Assembly (NCBI GenBank): GCA_963761335.1
Contig: CAVXGR010000018.1
Coordinates: 224,001-288,000 of the forward strand
DNA length: 64,000 bases
Direction: 5' to 3'
DNA from: an uncultured delta proteobacterium
GTDB lineage: Bacteria > Desulfobacterota > Binatia > HRBIN30 > BPIQ01
The notes beneath the pieces are model-generated. The model was not told the origin of the DNA. It made no database searches and was given only the letters and a program-made list of their open reading frames with translations. How positions within the stretch are numbered: the first letter of the stretch is position 1; every line of letters starts with the position of its first letter. The position numbers were made by a program, and so were the translations under genes. Shown here in pieces: positions 40,213 to 49,984 of the stretch.

Positions 40213-41442
40213 ATGTTCACCAGCTTCCGCCTCCCCCCGAAACGGCCGAGCGCGGTGTCCTCGATCGAGGAGTGCATCGCCGACGTTCGCGCCGGGAAGA
40301 TGGTCATCCTGATGGATGACGAGCACCGAGAGAACGAGGGGGACATCTGCATGGCGGCGGAGAAGGTGACCGCCGAGGCCATCAACTTCATGGCCAAGCA
40401 CGCCCGCGGCCTGATCTGCCTGTCGCTCACCGAGGAGCGCATTCGCGAGCTCGGGCTGTCGATGATGGTGGCGGAGAACCGCGCCCCGCTGGGCACCGCC
40501 TTCACCGTTTCCATCGATGCGCGCCACGGCATCGCCAGCGGCCTGTCGGCGGCAGACCGTGCCCAGACCGTGCGCGTGGCTCTGCGCGGCGATACCCGCC
40601 CCGAGGACCTGATCACGCCGGGACACATCTTTCCGCTGCGCGCCCGCCGCGGCGGCGTGCTGGTGCGCACCGGACAGACCGAGGGCGGCGTCGACCTGGC
40701 GCGCCTCGCCGGCCTCAGGCCGGCGGCGCTCATCTGCGAGATCATGAACGAGGACGGCACCATGGCGCGGCTGCCGGACCTGCAGAAGTTCGCCGCCGTG
40801 CACGGGCTCAAGATCTGCACGGTCGCCGACCTGATCCAGTACCGACTGCGCTGCGACTCGCTGGTGCACCGCGCCGCCGAGGCGCGCATCGACAGCCGCT
40901 ACGGCGGCGAGTTCAAGGCCTACGTCTATCACACCGACGTCGACGACGGCGAGCACATGGTGCTGGTGAAGGGCGATATCCGCCCGGACGAGCCGACGCT
41001 GGTGCGCGCTCATGCCGAGTTCCTCCCCGGCGACGTCTTCGCGCTCACCCAGCGCAACACCGGCGCGCTCTTGCACCGGGCGATGGAGGTGGTCGCCGCC
41101 GAAGGGAAGGGCGTCATTCTCTATCTGCGCCGCGACGGCCGCGGCGCCGAGCTCAAGGCCGCTGCCCGCCGCGGCAAGCACCGCGATCAGCCGAGCACCG
41201 ATCCGCAGACGCAGCGCATGGACTTTCGCGAGTACGGCGTCGGTGCGCAGATCCTGCGCGACGTCGGCGTCGGCAAGATCCGCCTGCTGAGCAACTCGCA
41301 GCGGCGCCTTGTCAGCCTGCCCGGCTACGGTCTGGAGATCGTCGAGGTGGTGCCGCTGTCGCTGTCGTCGCCCAAGCCGCGCGCCCGCACCACCCGGGCG
41401 GCCCGCGCCAAGATCCACCGGGTGACCAAAACGGTCGCCTGA
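40213..41442 (+). CDS. ribB: DHBP synthase fused to a degenerate GTP cyclohydrolase II domain (RibBX-like)
   Basis: DDEHRENEGD, AFTVSID, PGHIFPL, GQTE, ICEI; the C-terminal domain reads RAHAEFLPGDVFALTQRNTG, lacking the Zn cysteines. Confidence 0.9.
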   Translation: MFTSFRLPPKRPSAVSSIEECIADVRAGKMVILMDDEHRENEGDICMAAEKVTAEAINFMAKHARGLICLSLTEERIRELGLSMMVAENRAPLGTAFTVSIDARHGIASGLSAADRAQTVRVALRGDTRPEDLITPGHIFPLRARRGGVLVRTGQTEGGVDLARLAGLRPAALICEIMNEDGTMARLPDLQKFAAVHGLKICTVADLIQYRLRCDSLVHRAAEARIDSRYGGEFKAYVYHTDVDDGEHMVLVKGDIRPDEPTLVRAHAEFLPGDVFALTQRNTGALLHRAMEVVAAEGKGVILYLRRDGRGAELKAAARRGKHRDQPSTDPQTQRMDFREYGVGAQILRDVGVGKIRLLSNSQRRLVSLPGYGLEIVEVVPLSLSSPKPRARTTRAARAKIHRVTKTVA

Positions 41443-42345
41443 TCAGCGGCTCTCTGCCGATGGCTCCGGCGCTTCCTGCAAACCCAGCAGCTTGCCCGGC
41501 TCAAAGGTCCAGATGACGCCGCCGAGGAGGCCGTAGTTCTCGCTGCCGCTCTGCAAGCCGGCGCTGGCGCCGGCGTAGAAGGCGAGAGCACCGCGGCGAT
41601 ACTGCAGGCCGCCGCGCACCGAGGTGCGCTCGTTGCTGTAGCGCGAGCCGGTCAGGCCGGCGAGCTCGGCCATGACGCGGAGATGGCCGGCAAACGAGCC
41701 CGTAGCGCCGAGCGGTGCGCTCGCCGCGCCGAGCTTGTAGGAGAACAGATCGTCCTGGCCGCCGGCGGTGCTGGTGTTGCCCGGCAGATGTGTCCCCGGA
41801 TTGCCGATCAGATAGAGGCCGAGGTTGACGTTCAGCTCGAGCGGTCCGAGGTCCTTCGAGAAGAGCGTGTCGGCGAGGAAATCGGTCTCGTCGGTGCCGA
41901 GGCGGTCTCGGGCATTGGCGTCCGGGAGCTTGGTCCCGAAGCGCAGGCCGAAGGCGGGCCGCCAGCGGCGCTCGTGCAGAATGCGAACCTTGGTGAACAG
42001 CCGCGCGTCGCCCGATCCGTAGGTGGATGACGACCCGGCGCCGGGACCCGTCTCCTCCAGGCGCAGCAGCTCGTAGCTCGCCTGGATCTCGGCCCAGTCG
42101 CCGGCGCCGATGCGAAAGCTGAGCTGCGGTGCCTGCAGCAGCGTCTGATCGCCGACCTGCCCGGGCTGGGTGAACATCGGGAAGCGCAAGCCGTCGAAGT
42201 AGGAGACGCCGAGGATCGCTTCGGCGGTGCCGCTGGGAAGCGTCCTCGCTTCCTCGATCGTGAGGGGCAGGAGCGATGCCGCGGCGGCCGTGCCGGCGCA
42301 CAGCAGCCACAGGATAAGGGTCAGCGAGGAGCGGAACGTCGACAC
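41443..42345 (-). CDS. Putative outer-membrane beta-barrel/transporter family protein
   Basis: Signal peptide; GDARLFTK, FGTKLPDA...LGTDETD, alternating beta pattern; start uncertain. Confidence 0.6.
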   Translation of the reverse strand: MSTFRSSLTLILWLLCAGTAAAASLLPLTIEEARTLPSGTAEAILGVSYFDGLRFPMFTQPGQVGDQTLLQAPQLSFRIGAGDWAEIQASYELLRLEETGPGAGSSSTYGSGDARLFTKVRILHERRWRPAFGLRFGTKLPDANARDRLGTDETDFLADTLFSKDLGPLELNVNLGLYLIGNPGTHLPGNTSTAGGQDDLFSYKLGAASAPLGATGSFAGHLRVMAELAGLTGSRYSNERTSVRGGLQYRRGALAFYAGASAGLQSGSENYGLLGGVIWTFEPGKLLGLQEAPEPSAESR

Positions 42346-42419
42346 GTTGGCGTGGGTTATACAGGGCGATGCAAATTTGCAAGTGCCTCGGCCGTGTGGA
42401 AGCATGTGAAGGCTCGCGA

Positions 42420-44168
42420 ATGCTGCCGCTTCTCTTCCTTCTGCTCTCCCTCGTGCTGTCTTCCCCGGGCACCTCGGTCGCCGCCGAGGGCAAGGTCCAC
42501 CTGCGCCTCGAGTTCTCCTCCGCGGCGCTCAGCCGCGGCGGCGGCACCGGCCTCGAGGTGATCGCCGAGATCGATCGCGGCTGGCACGTGCAGGCGCATC
42601 AGCCGAGCGAGAAGTTCCTCATCCCGACGGAGCTGACGGTGGAGGCGCCGCCCGGCATTCGCCTGGATCCGCCCCGCTATCCGCGGCCCGATACCGCCGA
42701 GTTTGCCTTCGCCTCGGGCAAGCGGCTGCTGGTCTACGAGGGCAAGCTCGGAATCTCGACGGCGCTCTACGTCCCTGCCGACTGGGCCGGGCGCGAGGCG
42801 CGCGTGGCGGCACGGCTGCGCTACCAGGCGTGCAACGACGAGTCGTGCCTGCCGCCGATGACTGCGGCGGTGGAGCAGGTGGTGCCGGTGGCCAGCGAGG
42901 CGAGCGCCGCCGAGCCGGAGGCTCGGGAGGGGGCCCGCCCGGCGACGCCGGTCGAGGGCGTGGCCGATGTGGGGCGATGGGTCGGCGAGTACGGCTACGG
43001 CGTCAGCTTTCTCCTCATCGCGCTGCTCGGCCTCGGTCTCAATCTCACACCCTGTGTCTACCCGCTCATTTCGGTGACTGTCAGCTTTTTCGGCGGCCAG
43101 TCGCACGGCTCGCCGCGCCGGGTCCTCGGCCTCGCACTCCTCTACGTCGGCGGCATCGCCATCACCTTCTCCGTGATCGGCGTGGCGGCGGCATTCTCCG
43201 GCGGCATCTTCGGGGCGGCGCTGCAGAAGCCGCCGGTGCTGATCGGCATCGCCGCCCTTCTCGTCATCCTGGCGCTGAGCTCCTTCGGGCTCTATCAGCT
43301 GCAGCCGCCGCCCTCGGTCATGCGCCTGGTCGGCGGCTCCTCGCGCGGGGCTCTGGGGGCGCTCTTCATGGGGCTCACCATGGGAGTGGTGGCGGCGCCC
43401 TGCGTCGGGCCGATCGTGCTCGGCCTGATCGTCTTCGTGGGCAGCCGCCAGGATCCGATTCTCGGCTTCTCGATGTTCTTCGCGCTGTCGCTCGGCCTCG
43501 GGCTCCCCTACGTGGCGCTGGCGGTGGGCGCCGGCTCGCTGCGCTCGCTGCCGCGTTCCGGCGAGTGGCTGGCGTGGACCGAGCATCTCTTCGGCTGGAT
43601 CCTGCTGGCCCTGGCGGCGTACTTCCTGACGCCTGTCCTGCCCCACGCCGCCGGCGTCTTCGTTCTGCCCGCGGTGATCGGCATCGCCGGGCTGGTCCTC
43701 GGATTCGTCGACCCGGCGGGATCGCGGCTGCGCCATTTCCCGGTGCTGAAGCGCGCCGTCGGCGTGCTGTTCCTGGCGATCGCCGTGTGGGCAGGGGTGC
43801 CGCGCCCGGTGCAGTCGGCCATCCAGTGGCGCGTCTACTCGCAGGAAGTGCTGGCGGCGGCGCGCCATGCCGGGGCTCCGGTGGTGCTCGACTTCGCGGC
43901 GCAGTGGTGTCTGCCGTGCAAGGAGATGGACCACACCACCTTCGCCGATCCGCGGGTCGCCGCGGCCGCCGAGAGCTTCCACATGGTGCGGGTCGACCTT
44001 ACCGACGAGAACGATGACACCGACGCCCTCACCGATGCCTACGACGTGCACGGCGTGCCGACGACGATCATCCTCGACGCCAGCGGCCGCGAGGTGAAGC
44101 GCATGGTCGGCTACGTGAAGACCGACGAGATGCTCGAGGCGATGCGCGCTGCCCATGCCTCGTCGTGA
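42420..44168 (+). CDS. dsbD: Thiol:disulfide interchange protein DsbD
   Basis: YQACNDESCLPP, NLTPCVYPL, APCVGP, DFAAQWCLPCKE, GVPT. Confidence 0.93.
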   Translation: MLPLLFLLLSLVLSSPGTSVAAEGKVHLRLEFSSAALSRGGGTGLEVIAEIDRGWHVQAHQPSEKFLIPTELTVEAPPGIRLDPPRYPRPDTAEFAFASGKRLLVYEGKLGISTALYVPADWAGREARVAARLRYQACNDESCLPPMTAAVEQVVPVASEASAAEPEAREGARPATPVEGVADVGRWVGEYGYGVSFLLIALLGLGLNLTPCVYPLISVTVSFFGGQSHGSPRRVLGLALLYVGGIAITFSVIGVAAAFSGGIFGAALQKPPVLIGIAALLVILALSSFGLYQLQPPPSVMRLVGGSSRGALGALFMGLTMGVVAAPCVGPIVLGLIVFVGSRQDPILGFSMFFALSLGLGLPYVALAVGAGSLRSLPRSGEWLAWTEHLFGWILLALAAYFLTPVLPHAAGVFVLPAVIGIAGLVLGFVDPAGSRLRHFPVLKRAVGVLFLAIAVWAGVPRPVQSAIQWRVYSQEVLAAARHAGAPVVLDFAAQWCLPCKEMDHTTFADPRVAAAAESFHMVRVDLTDENDDTDALTDAYDVHGVPTTIILDASGREVKRMVGYVKTDEMLEAMRAAHASS

Positions 44169-44172
44169 AGGT

Positions 44173-44228
44173 GGGGACAGGCTACTTTTGCCTGTCGAAC
44201 TCACCATGCAGGGATGTTGCCTGTCCCC
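44173..44228. repeat. REP-like inverted repeat (GGGGACAGGCTACTTTT family), copy 1
   Basis: ggggacaggctactttt ... gttgcctgtcccc. Confidence 0.75.
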
Positions 44229-44325
44229 GCCTGGCCTTGTACCCGGCGACCCTTCCGGGTAAACTCTCCCCCATCGTGGTATTCGAATTGCTGCTGGGCG
44301 GTCTCCGGATTGCTTCCGTGACGCC

Positions 44326-45567
44326 GTGAAGTTCTCCTCCCTCGATCTACCCGAAAGCGTCGCCCGAGGAATCGAAGCCGTTGGTTTCACCGATGCGACG
44401 CCCATTCAGGAGCGGCTTCTGCCGCTCTCGCTCTCGGGTCGGGACGTCGCCGGGCAGGCGCAGACCGGCACCGGCAAGACCGCCGCTTTTCTGATCACGG
44501 TCTTCACCCGCCTGCTGCGCACGCCGCCGCCGGTGGCGACCGAGGCGGCGCCGCGCGCCCTGGTGATTGCACCGACGCGCGAGCTGGTGGTGCAGATCCT
44601 GCGCGACGCCGATGCTCTCGGGCAGTTTACCGGCCTGCGCATGCACGCCGTCTACGGTGGCATCGACTACAAGAAGCAGCGCGACATCTTGGGGCAGGGG
44701 ACCGACATCCTCGTCGGCACGCCCGGGCGGCTGATCGACTACCTCAAGCAGCGGGTCTACACGCTGCGCCAAGTCGAGGCGCTGGTGATCGACGAGGCCG
44801 ACCGCATGTTCGACATGGGGTTCATCCCCGACCTCCGCTTTCTCATGCGGCGGCTGCCGCCGTACAACGAACGGCAGTCGATGCTCTTCTCGGCAACCCT
44901 CTCCTACCGCGTCATGGAGCTCGCCTACGAGCACATGAACGACCCGATCAAGATCGAGGTGTCGCCGGAGCAGGTGACCGCGGAGAAGGTCGAGCACGGC
45001 CTCTTCCACGTCGGCCGTCACGAGAAGCTGTCGTTGCTCCTCGGGCTGCTGAAGCGCGAGGGGCCGGACCGCACGCTGATCTTCGTCAACACCAAGCGCG
45101 AGGGCGAGCATCTCGCCGAGCGGCTGAGTGAGAACGGCTACAACGCTCGCGCCATTACCGGTGATCTCGATCAGCGCGTGCGTCTCCGCCTGATGGACGA
45201 CTTCAAGAACGATCGCCTGCCGATTCTGGTGGCCACCGACGTCGCTTCGCGCGGACTGCACATCGAAGACGTGACCCACGTGATCAACTACGACCTGCCG
45301 CAGGACGCCGAGGACTACGTGCACCGCATCGGCCGCACGGCGCGCGCCGGCGCCTCGGGGAAAGCCTTCAGCCTCGCCTGCGAGGAGTACGTGCTGGCGC
45401 TGGAGGCGATCGAGGAGTACGTCGGCTTTCGCATCCCCGTGCTCGAGCCCGACGACGGCATCTTCGTCACTCCGGTGCCCTCGCAGCGCCGCCACCACCG
45501 CGGTGATCGCAATCGCGGCCGCGGCGGCCGCCCCGGAGCCCCGCGGAGAAGGGCCCGAACCGCCTGA
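44326..45567 (+). CDS. rhlB: DEAD-box RNA helicase, RhlB-like
   Basis: GQAQTGTGKT, PTREL, DEADRMFDMGF, SAT, TDVASRGLH, HRIGRTARAG, SLACEEY. Confidence 0.88.
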   Translation: MKFSSLDLPESVARGIEAVGFTDATPIQERLLPLSLSGRDVAGQAQTGTGKTAAFLITVFTRLLRTPPPVATEAAPRALVIAPTRELVVQILRDADALGQFTGLRMHAVYGGIDYKKQRDILGQGTDILVGTPGRLIDYLKQRVYTLRQVEALVIDEADRMFDMGFIPDLRFLMRRLPPYNERQSMLFSATLSYRVMELAYEHMNDPIKIEVSPEQVTAEKVEHGLFHVGRHEKLSLLLGLLKREGPDRTLIFVNTKREGEHLAERLSENGYNARAITGDLDQRVRLRLMDDFKNDRLPILVATDVASRGLHIEDVTHVINYDLPQDAEDYVHRIGRTARAGASGKAFSLACEEYVLALEAIEEYVGFRIPVLEPDDGIFVTPVPSQRRHHRGDRNRGRGGRPGAPRRRARTA

Positions 45568-45633
45568 AGCTTTCTGAACCCGATCCCCCTCGAACCCGTT
45601 AACCCTGAAACCCGCCAACCCGAGGACCTGCCC

Positions 45634-45837
45634 GTGTTCGGTACCATCAAGAAGATCGTCAAGGACAAGGGCTTCGGCTTCATCACCCCCGACGACGGCA
45701 GCGACGAGGTCTTCTTTCACCGCTCCGCCCTGGCGCCGCGCACCTACTTCGAGGACCTGCGCGAGGGCAACGAGGTCGAGTTCCAGGTGCGCCGCGGCGA
45801 GAAGGGCCCGCAGGCCTTCAACCTGAAGTCGCGCTGA
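45634..45837 (+). CDS. Cold-shock domain protein
   Basis: KGFGFI, VFFHRSA, GEKGPQA; RBS GAGG. Confidence 0.93.
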   Translation: MFGTIKKIVKDKGFGFITPDDGSDEVFFHRSALAPRTYFEDLREGNEVEFQVRRGEKGPQAFNLKSR

Positions 45838-45944
45838 TGGCGTCGCGGAAACGCGACCTGCTTGACTCGCTGAACGACCGTTCATAGAGTCCCTCCCACT
45901 TTCCGCGGCGATTGCCGCCGCTCAGGGGTGCCATCGTGGGAGAT

Positions 45945-46859
45945 ATGCTGAAGGACAAGGTCGCGGTCGTCACCGGCGCCGGCCGCGGCATCGGGCGCGG
46001 CGTCGCCCTCGCACTGGCGGCCGCCGGCGCCAAGGTCGTCGTCAATGACTTCGGCGTCAACACCGACGGCAGCGCGCCGACCGAAGGGCCGGCTTTCGAC
46101 GTCGTCGCCGAGATCGAGAAGGCCGGCGGCGAGGCCGTGGCCAACACCGATTCGGTGGCCACCTGGAAGGGCGGCGAGTCGATCATCGGCGCCGCCGTCG
46201 AGCGCTTCGGGCGTATCGACATCCTGGTCACCTGTGCCGGCATCCTGCGCGACCGCATGGTCTTCAACATGAGCGAGGAGGAGTTCGACAGCGTCCTTGC
46301 CGTTCACTTGAAGGGCACCTTCAACTGCGTCCGCCACGCGGCGCCGCTGCTGCGCCAGCAGGGCTCCGGGCGCATCATCACCTTCTCCTCCGGCTCCGGC
46401 CTCTTCGGCAATCCGGGGCAGGCGAACTACGGCTCGGCGAAGGCCGGCATCAGCGGCCTCACCAAGGTGGTGGCGCGCGATCTCGGCAAGTACGGCGTGA
46501 CCTGCAACTCCATCTGCCCGGTGGCGGCGACGCGCATGACGATGACACCCGAGACGCTGCGTGCCCGCGAGATCCGCAAGCAGCAGGGGATCATTCGCGA
46601 GGAGCGGGCTCTGAACCAGCTGGAGAACTTGCAGCCGGAGGATATCGCGCCGATGGTCGTCTATCTCGCCAGCGATCTCGCCGGCGGTGTCAACGGCCAG
46701 TTCTTCCTCTGCGCCGGCAACTCCATCTCGCTCATCTCGTTGCCGCGCGCGGTGAACACCATCTTCAAGGACGGTCGCTGGACGCTCGACGAGCTCGATG
46801 AGCTCGTGCCGCAGACGTTGGCCCAGGGCCTGGTCAACCCGGCGCCGCCGAAGGCGTGA
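45945..46859 (+). CDS. SDR family oxidoreductase
   Basis: TGAGRGIG, VVVNDFG, AGILRD, YGSAK. Confidence 0.93.
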   Translation: MLKDKVAVVTGAGRGIGRGVALALAAAGAKVVVNDFGVNTDGSAPTEGPAFDVVAEIEKAGGEAVANTDSVATWKGGESIIGAAVERFGRIDILVTCAGILRDRMVFNMSEEEFDSVLAVHLKGTFNCVRHAAPLLRQQGSGRIITFSSGSGLFGNPGQANYGSAKAGISGLTKVVARDLGKYGVTCNSICPVAATRMTMTPETLRAREIRKQQGIIREERALNQLENLQPEDIAPMVVYLASDLAGGVNGQFFLCAGNSISLISLPRAVNTIFKDGRWTLDELDELVPQTLAQGLVNPAPPKA

Positions 46860-46885
46860 GCGCCGCACCGCGAGAGGGAACATCC

Positions 46886-47812
46886 ATGGGTGAACGACTG
46901 AAGGGGAAGGTGGCGCTGGTGACTGGCGCCGGCCGAGGCATCGGGCGCGGCGTCGCCCTGCTGCTCGCCGAAGAAGGAGCGGCGGTGGTCGTCAACGACC
47001 TCGGCGCCAGCGTCGATGGCAGCGAGCCCACCAGCGGCCCCGCCGACGAGGTGGTGGCGGCGATCCACGCTGCGGGAGGCCGTGCCGCGGTCAGCTACGA
47101 CAGCGTCGCCGATTTTGCCGCGGCCGAGCGCATGGTGAGCGGCGCGGTGAAGCAGTTCGGGCGGCTCGACATTCTCGTCAACGTCGCCGGCATTCTCCGC
47201 GACCGCATGATCTTCAACCTGAGCGAGGACGACTGGGACAGCGTCATCGCCGTGCATCTGAAGGGCACCTTCAACACCACCCGCCACGCCTCCGCCGTCA
47301 TGCGCCAGCAGCGCTGCGGCCGCATCATCAACTTCTCGTCGACCTCGGGTCTGTACGGCAACCCGGGGCAGGCCAACTACGGCGCCGCCAAGGACGGGAT
47401 CGCCGGCCTGACGCGGGTGACCTCGCGCGATCTGGGCAAGTACGGCATCACCGTCAACGCCATTGCGCCGGTGGCGGCGACGCGCATGACGGCTACCGTC
47501 AGCGACCGGGCCCGCTCCCTGCGCCAGCAGCGCGGCATCGTCAGCGTCACCACGGCGTCGGGGTTGCCGAGCCTGCGCATGGAGCCGGAAGACGTGGCGC
47601 CCTTCGTCGTCTATCTGGCCACCGACGCGGCGGCCGAGATCAACGGACAGACCTTCTTCGTCATGGGCGGCGTCGTCTCGCTGCTCAACTACCCGGCGCC
47701 GGCGCGCACCATCACCAAGGCCGAGCGCTGGACCCCCGAGGAGATCGCCGCACTCTTCCCGCGCACCCTGGGCATGGATCTGGTCAACCCGGCGCCACCG
47801 CGGAAGGACTAG
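46886..47812 (+). CDS. SDR family oxidoreductase (tandem paralog)
   Basis: TGAGRGIG, VVVNDLG, NVAGILRD, YGAAK. Confidence 0.93.
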   Translation: MGERLKGKVALVTGAGRGIGRGVALLLAEEGAAVVVNDLGASVDGSEPTSGPADEVVAAIHAAGGRAAVSYDSVADFAAAERMVSGAVKQFGRLDILVNVAGILRDRMIFNLSEDDWDSVIAVHLKGTFNTTRHASAVMRQQRCGRIINFSSTSGLYGNPGQANYGAAKDGIAGLTRVTSRDLGKYGITVNAIAPVAATRMTATVSDRARSLRQQRGIVSVTTASGLPSLRMEPEDVAPFVVYLATDAAAEINGQTFFVMGGVVSLLNYPAPARTITKAERWTPEEIAALFPRTLGMDLVNPAPPRKD

Positions 47813-47876
47813 AGATAGTTGCGGAGTGCGCGGGCACTCCGGCCGCGCGCGGCCATCCGCGGCACTGACTGCTTGC

Positions 47877-47947
47877 GGGGACAGGCAACTTTTGCGCGCG
47901 CGGCATCAGTCCGGCGAGAGCCTGATGGGTAAAAGTAGCCTGTCCCC
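47877..47947. repeat. REP-like inverted repeat (GGGGACAGG family), copy 2
   Basis: ggggacaggcaactttt ... aaaagtagcctgtcccc. Confidence 0.8.
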
Positions 47948-49664
47948 ATTCTTCTGCCTCATCCCTGTCGCCGCGGCGCTGCTGACCTATGCGGCAGCGG
48001 CGCACAACGGCTTCGTCTGGGACGATCCGCTCGTCCTGCGGCAGCTGCGCGCCATTCACGGCGTTGGCGATCTGCTGGTGGTGCCGCCGGAGATCCCGCG
48101 CCTCTACTACCGGCCGCTGGTCTTTGCCTCCTATCTCCTCGACCGCGCCCTCGGCGGTGAGAGCCCCTTCTGGTTCCACGCCTCGGTGATCGCGGTGCAT
48201 GCTCTGGGCTCGGCGCTGGTCTTCATGCTGGCCTTCGTCCTCTTCGGCGCGGGGGGAGACGCGGATCGCCGCCCCGGCGAGCCGCTGCTGTTCGCGCTGG
48301 TGGCGGGCGTGCTCTTCGCCGTGCATCCGGCCCACGTCGAATCGGTGGCCTGGATGGCGGGGCGCTCGGACGTGCTCGCCGGCGCACTGCTGCTCGCGGC
48401 GATTCTTCTCTTCGCCGGCGAGGGGGAGGTGCGTCCGTGGTTCGCCGCTGCGTGCTGGCTGCTGGCGCTGCTGGCCAAGGAGGCCGCGGTGCTCGGCATC
48501 GCGCTCTTCCCGCTGCTCGACTGGACACTCGGCCGGCGTTGGCGCTGGCGGCGCGCCGTTCCGCTGCTGGTGGCGCTCCTTCTGTATGTGGCTCTGCGTC
48601 AGCTGGGGGTCGGCATGATCGGCGAGCCGGTCTCGCCGCAGTGGGGCTCACCGCTGGGGGTGCTGGAGGCGCTTGGGTTCTATTGCCTGAAGATGCTTCT
48701 GCCGCTTCGCCAGAGCGTCTTCGTCGAGGCGGTGCCGGACTCGACGGCACTGGCGGTGCTCGGCGGCGCTGCGATCCTGGCTTTCGCGGCGCTTTTGGTG
48801 TGGTCCATCCGCCGCAGCGACCGCGTCGTCGTCTTTGCTCTCGGCTGGATCGCCGCGACATTGGCGCCGGCGCTGATCCTGGTCCTGCGGCACATCGCCA
48901 CCGCCGCGGTGGCCGAGCGCTATCTGTACATTCCCTCGGTCGGTGCCGTCGTTCTCGTCGCCTGGGGCGCGGCCGAGCTGTGCCGCCGGCGCCCGGGGCT
49001 GCGGACGGCATTGCTGTCGGCCTTGGCGCTGCTGGTTGTGACCGGCATGTGGAGCAGTGCTCGCCGCAGCCGCACTTGGTCGAATGACCTGTACTTCTGG
49101 GCCTCGGCGGCCGCCTCGTCGCCGGCGGCCCTGCCGCAGCGCGAGCTGGCCGATGCCTATCTGCGACGCGGCGATCTCGGCGCCGCGGAGAGTGCCTATC
49201 GGATCGCCCTCGAGCGTCCCGGAAGCATCGAGGACCGCGTCATGACCCTCACCAACCTCGGCAATCTCTACCGCCGCCGCGACCGCGTCGACGCCGCCGT
49301 CGAGGCGTTCCGCAAGGCCGCGGAGCTGCGGCCGCATCCACTCATCTATCACGACCTCGGCCTGGCACTGATGCGCCAGGCCGAGCTGGCGCAGAAGGCC
49401 GGTGATCAGGCCGCCGTGGTGCGCGCCGTGGAGGCCGCCCGCGAGGCGCTGCAGCGAGCCCTCGACCTCGGCGCGCGCACCGCGGATCCGGCGCTCTATC
49501 GCGGCTGGGAGCCGGCGAAGACGCACATTCTTCTCGGACAGGTTCTGCAGTCGCTCGGCAGGAGAGAAGAGGCCCGCCGGCAATTCGAGGAGGGTATCCG
49601 CCTCGATCCGCAGAGCCGCGTCGCCGATCTGGCGCGACAGTCGCTGCAACAGCTCGGGCCGTGA
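47925..49664 (+). CDS. TMTC-like membrane glycosyltransferase with TPR repeats
   Basis: FVWDD, YYRPL, HPAHVESVAWMAGRSD, LLAKE, AERYLYIPS, C-terminal TPRs; start uncertain. Confidence 0.8.
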   Translation: MGKSSLSPFFCLIPVAAALLTYAAAAHNGFVWDDPLVLRQLRAIHGVGDLLVVPPEIPRLYYRPLVFASYLLDRALGGESPFWFHASVIAVHALGSALVFMLAFVLFGAGGDADRRPGEPLLFALVAGVLFAVHPAHVESVAWMAGRSDVLAGALLLAAILLFAGEGEVRPWFAAACWLLALLAKEAAVLGIALFPLLDWTLGRRWRWRRAVPLLVALLLYVALRQLGVGMIGEPVSPQWGSPLGVLEALGFYCLKMLLPLRQSVFVEAVPDSTALAVLGGAAILAFAALLVWSIRRSDRVVVFALGWIAATLAPALILVLRHIATAAVAERYLYIPSVGAVVLVAWGAAELCRRRPGLRTALLSALALLVVTGMWSSARRSRTWSNDLYFWASAAASSPAALPQRELADAYLRRGDLGAAESAYRIALERPGSIEDRVMTLTNLGNLYRRRDRVDAAVEAFRKAAELRPHPLIYHDLGLALMRQAELAQKAGDQAAVVRAVEAAREALQRALDLGARTADPALYRGWEPAKTHILLGQVLQSLGRREEARRQFEEGIRLDPQSRVADLARQSLQQLGP

Positions 49665-49833
49665 GCTCTTGGAGGTTGGCCCCTCCGGGCCATCCGGAGG
49701 GGCCAACTTTGGGGGGAGCCCCGTGCCGGTGCCCAATGCGGCTCAGCCGTGCACGGAGCCCTTTGGGAGTCTGCACAGTAGCTCGCCAGTGTTAGCGCAC
49801 TGTTACGGCCTGATGAAGATCGCGCGGCAGAGG

Positions 49834-49930
49834 GTGGTTCGGTGGCTCAGTTTCTCGGTGGCTCGGTTGTCGGGTTATCGGGGACCCGCCAACCCGCAAA
49901 CGCGCCAACCCGATAACCGAGCCACACCGA
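49834..49930. repeat. Inverted repeat of 8-bp periodic units, relative of 39747-39875
   Basis: agtttctcggtggctcggttgtcgggttatcgggg ... aacccgataaccgagccac. Confidence 0.75.
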
Positions 49931-49984
49931 AAGCTTTTCCCCGCCGCTCTTTCTGCCTATAGAGTGAGGCGCGAGGAGGGAGCC

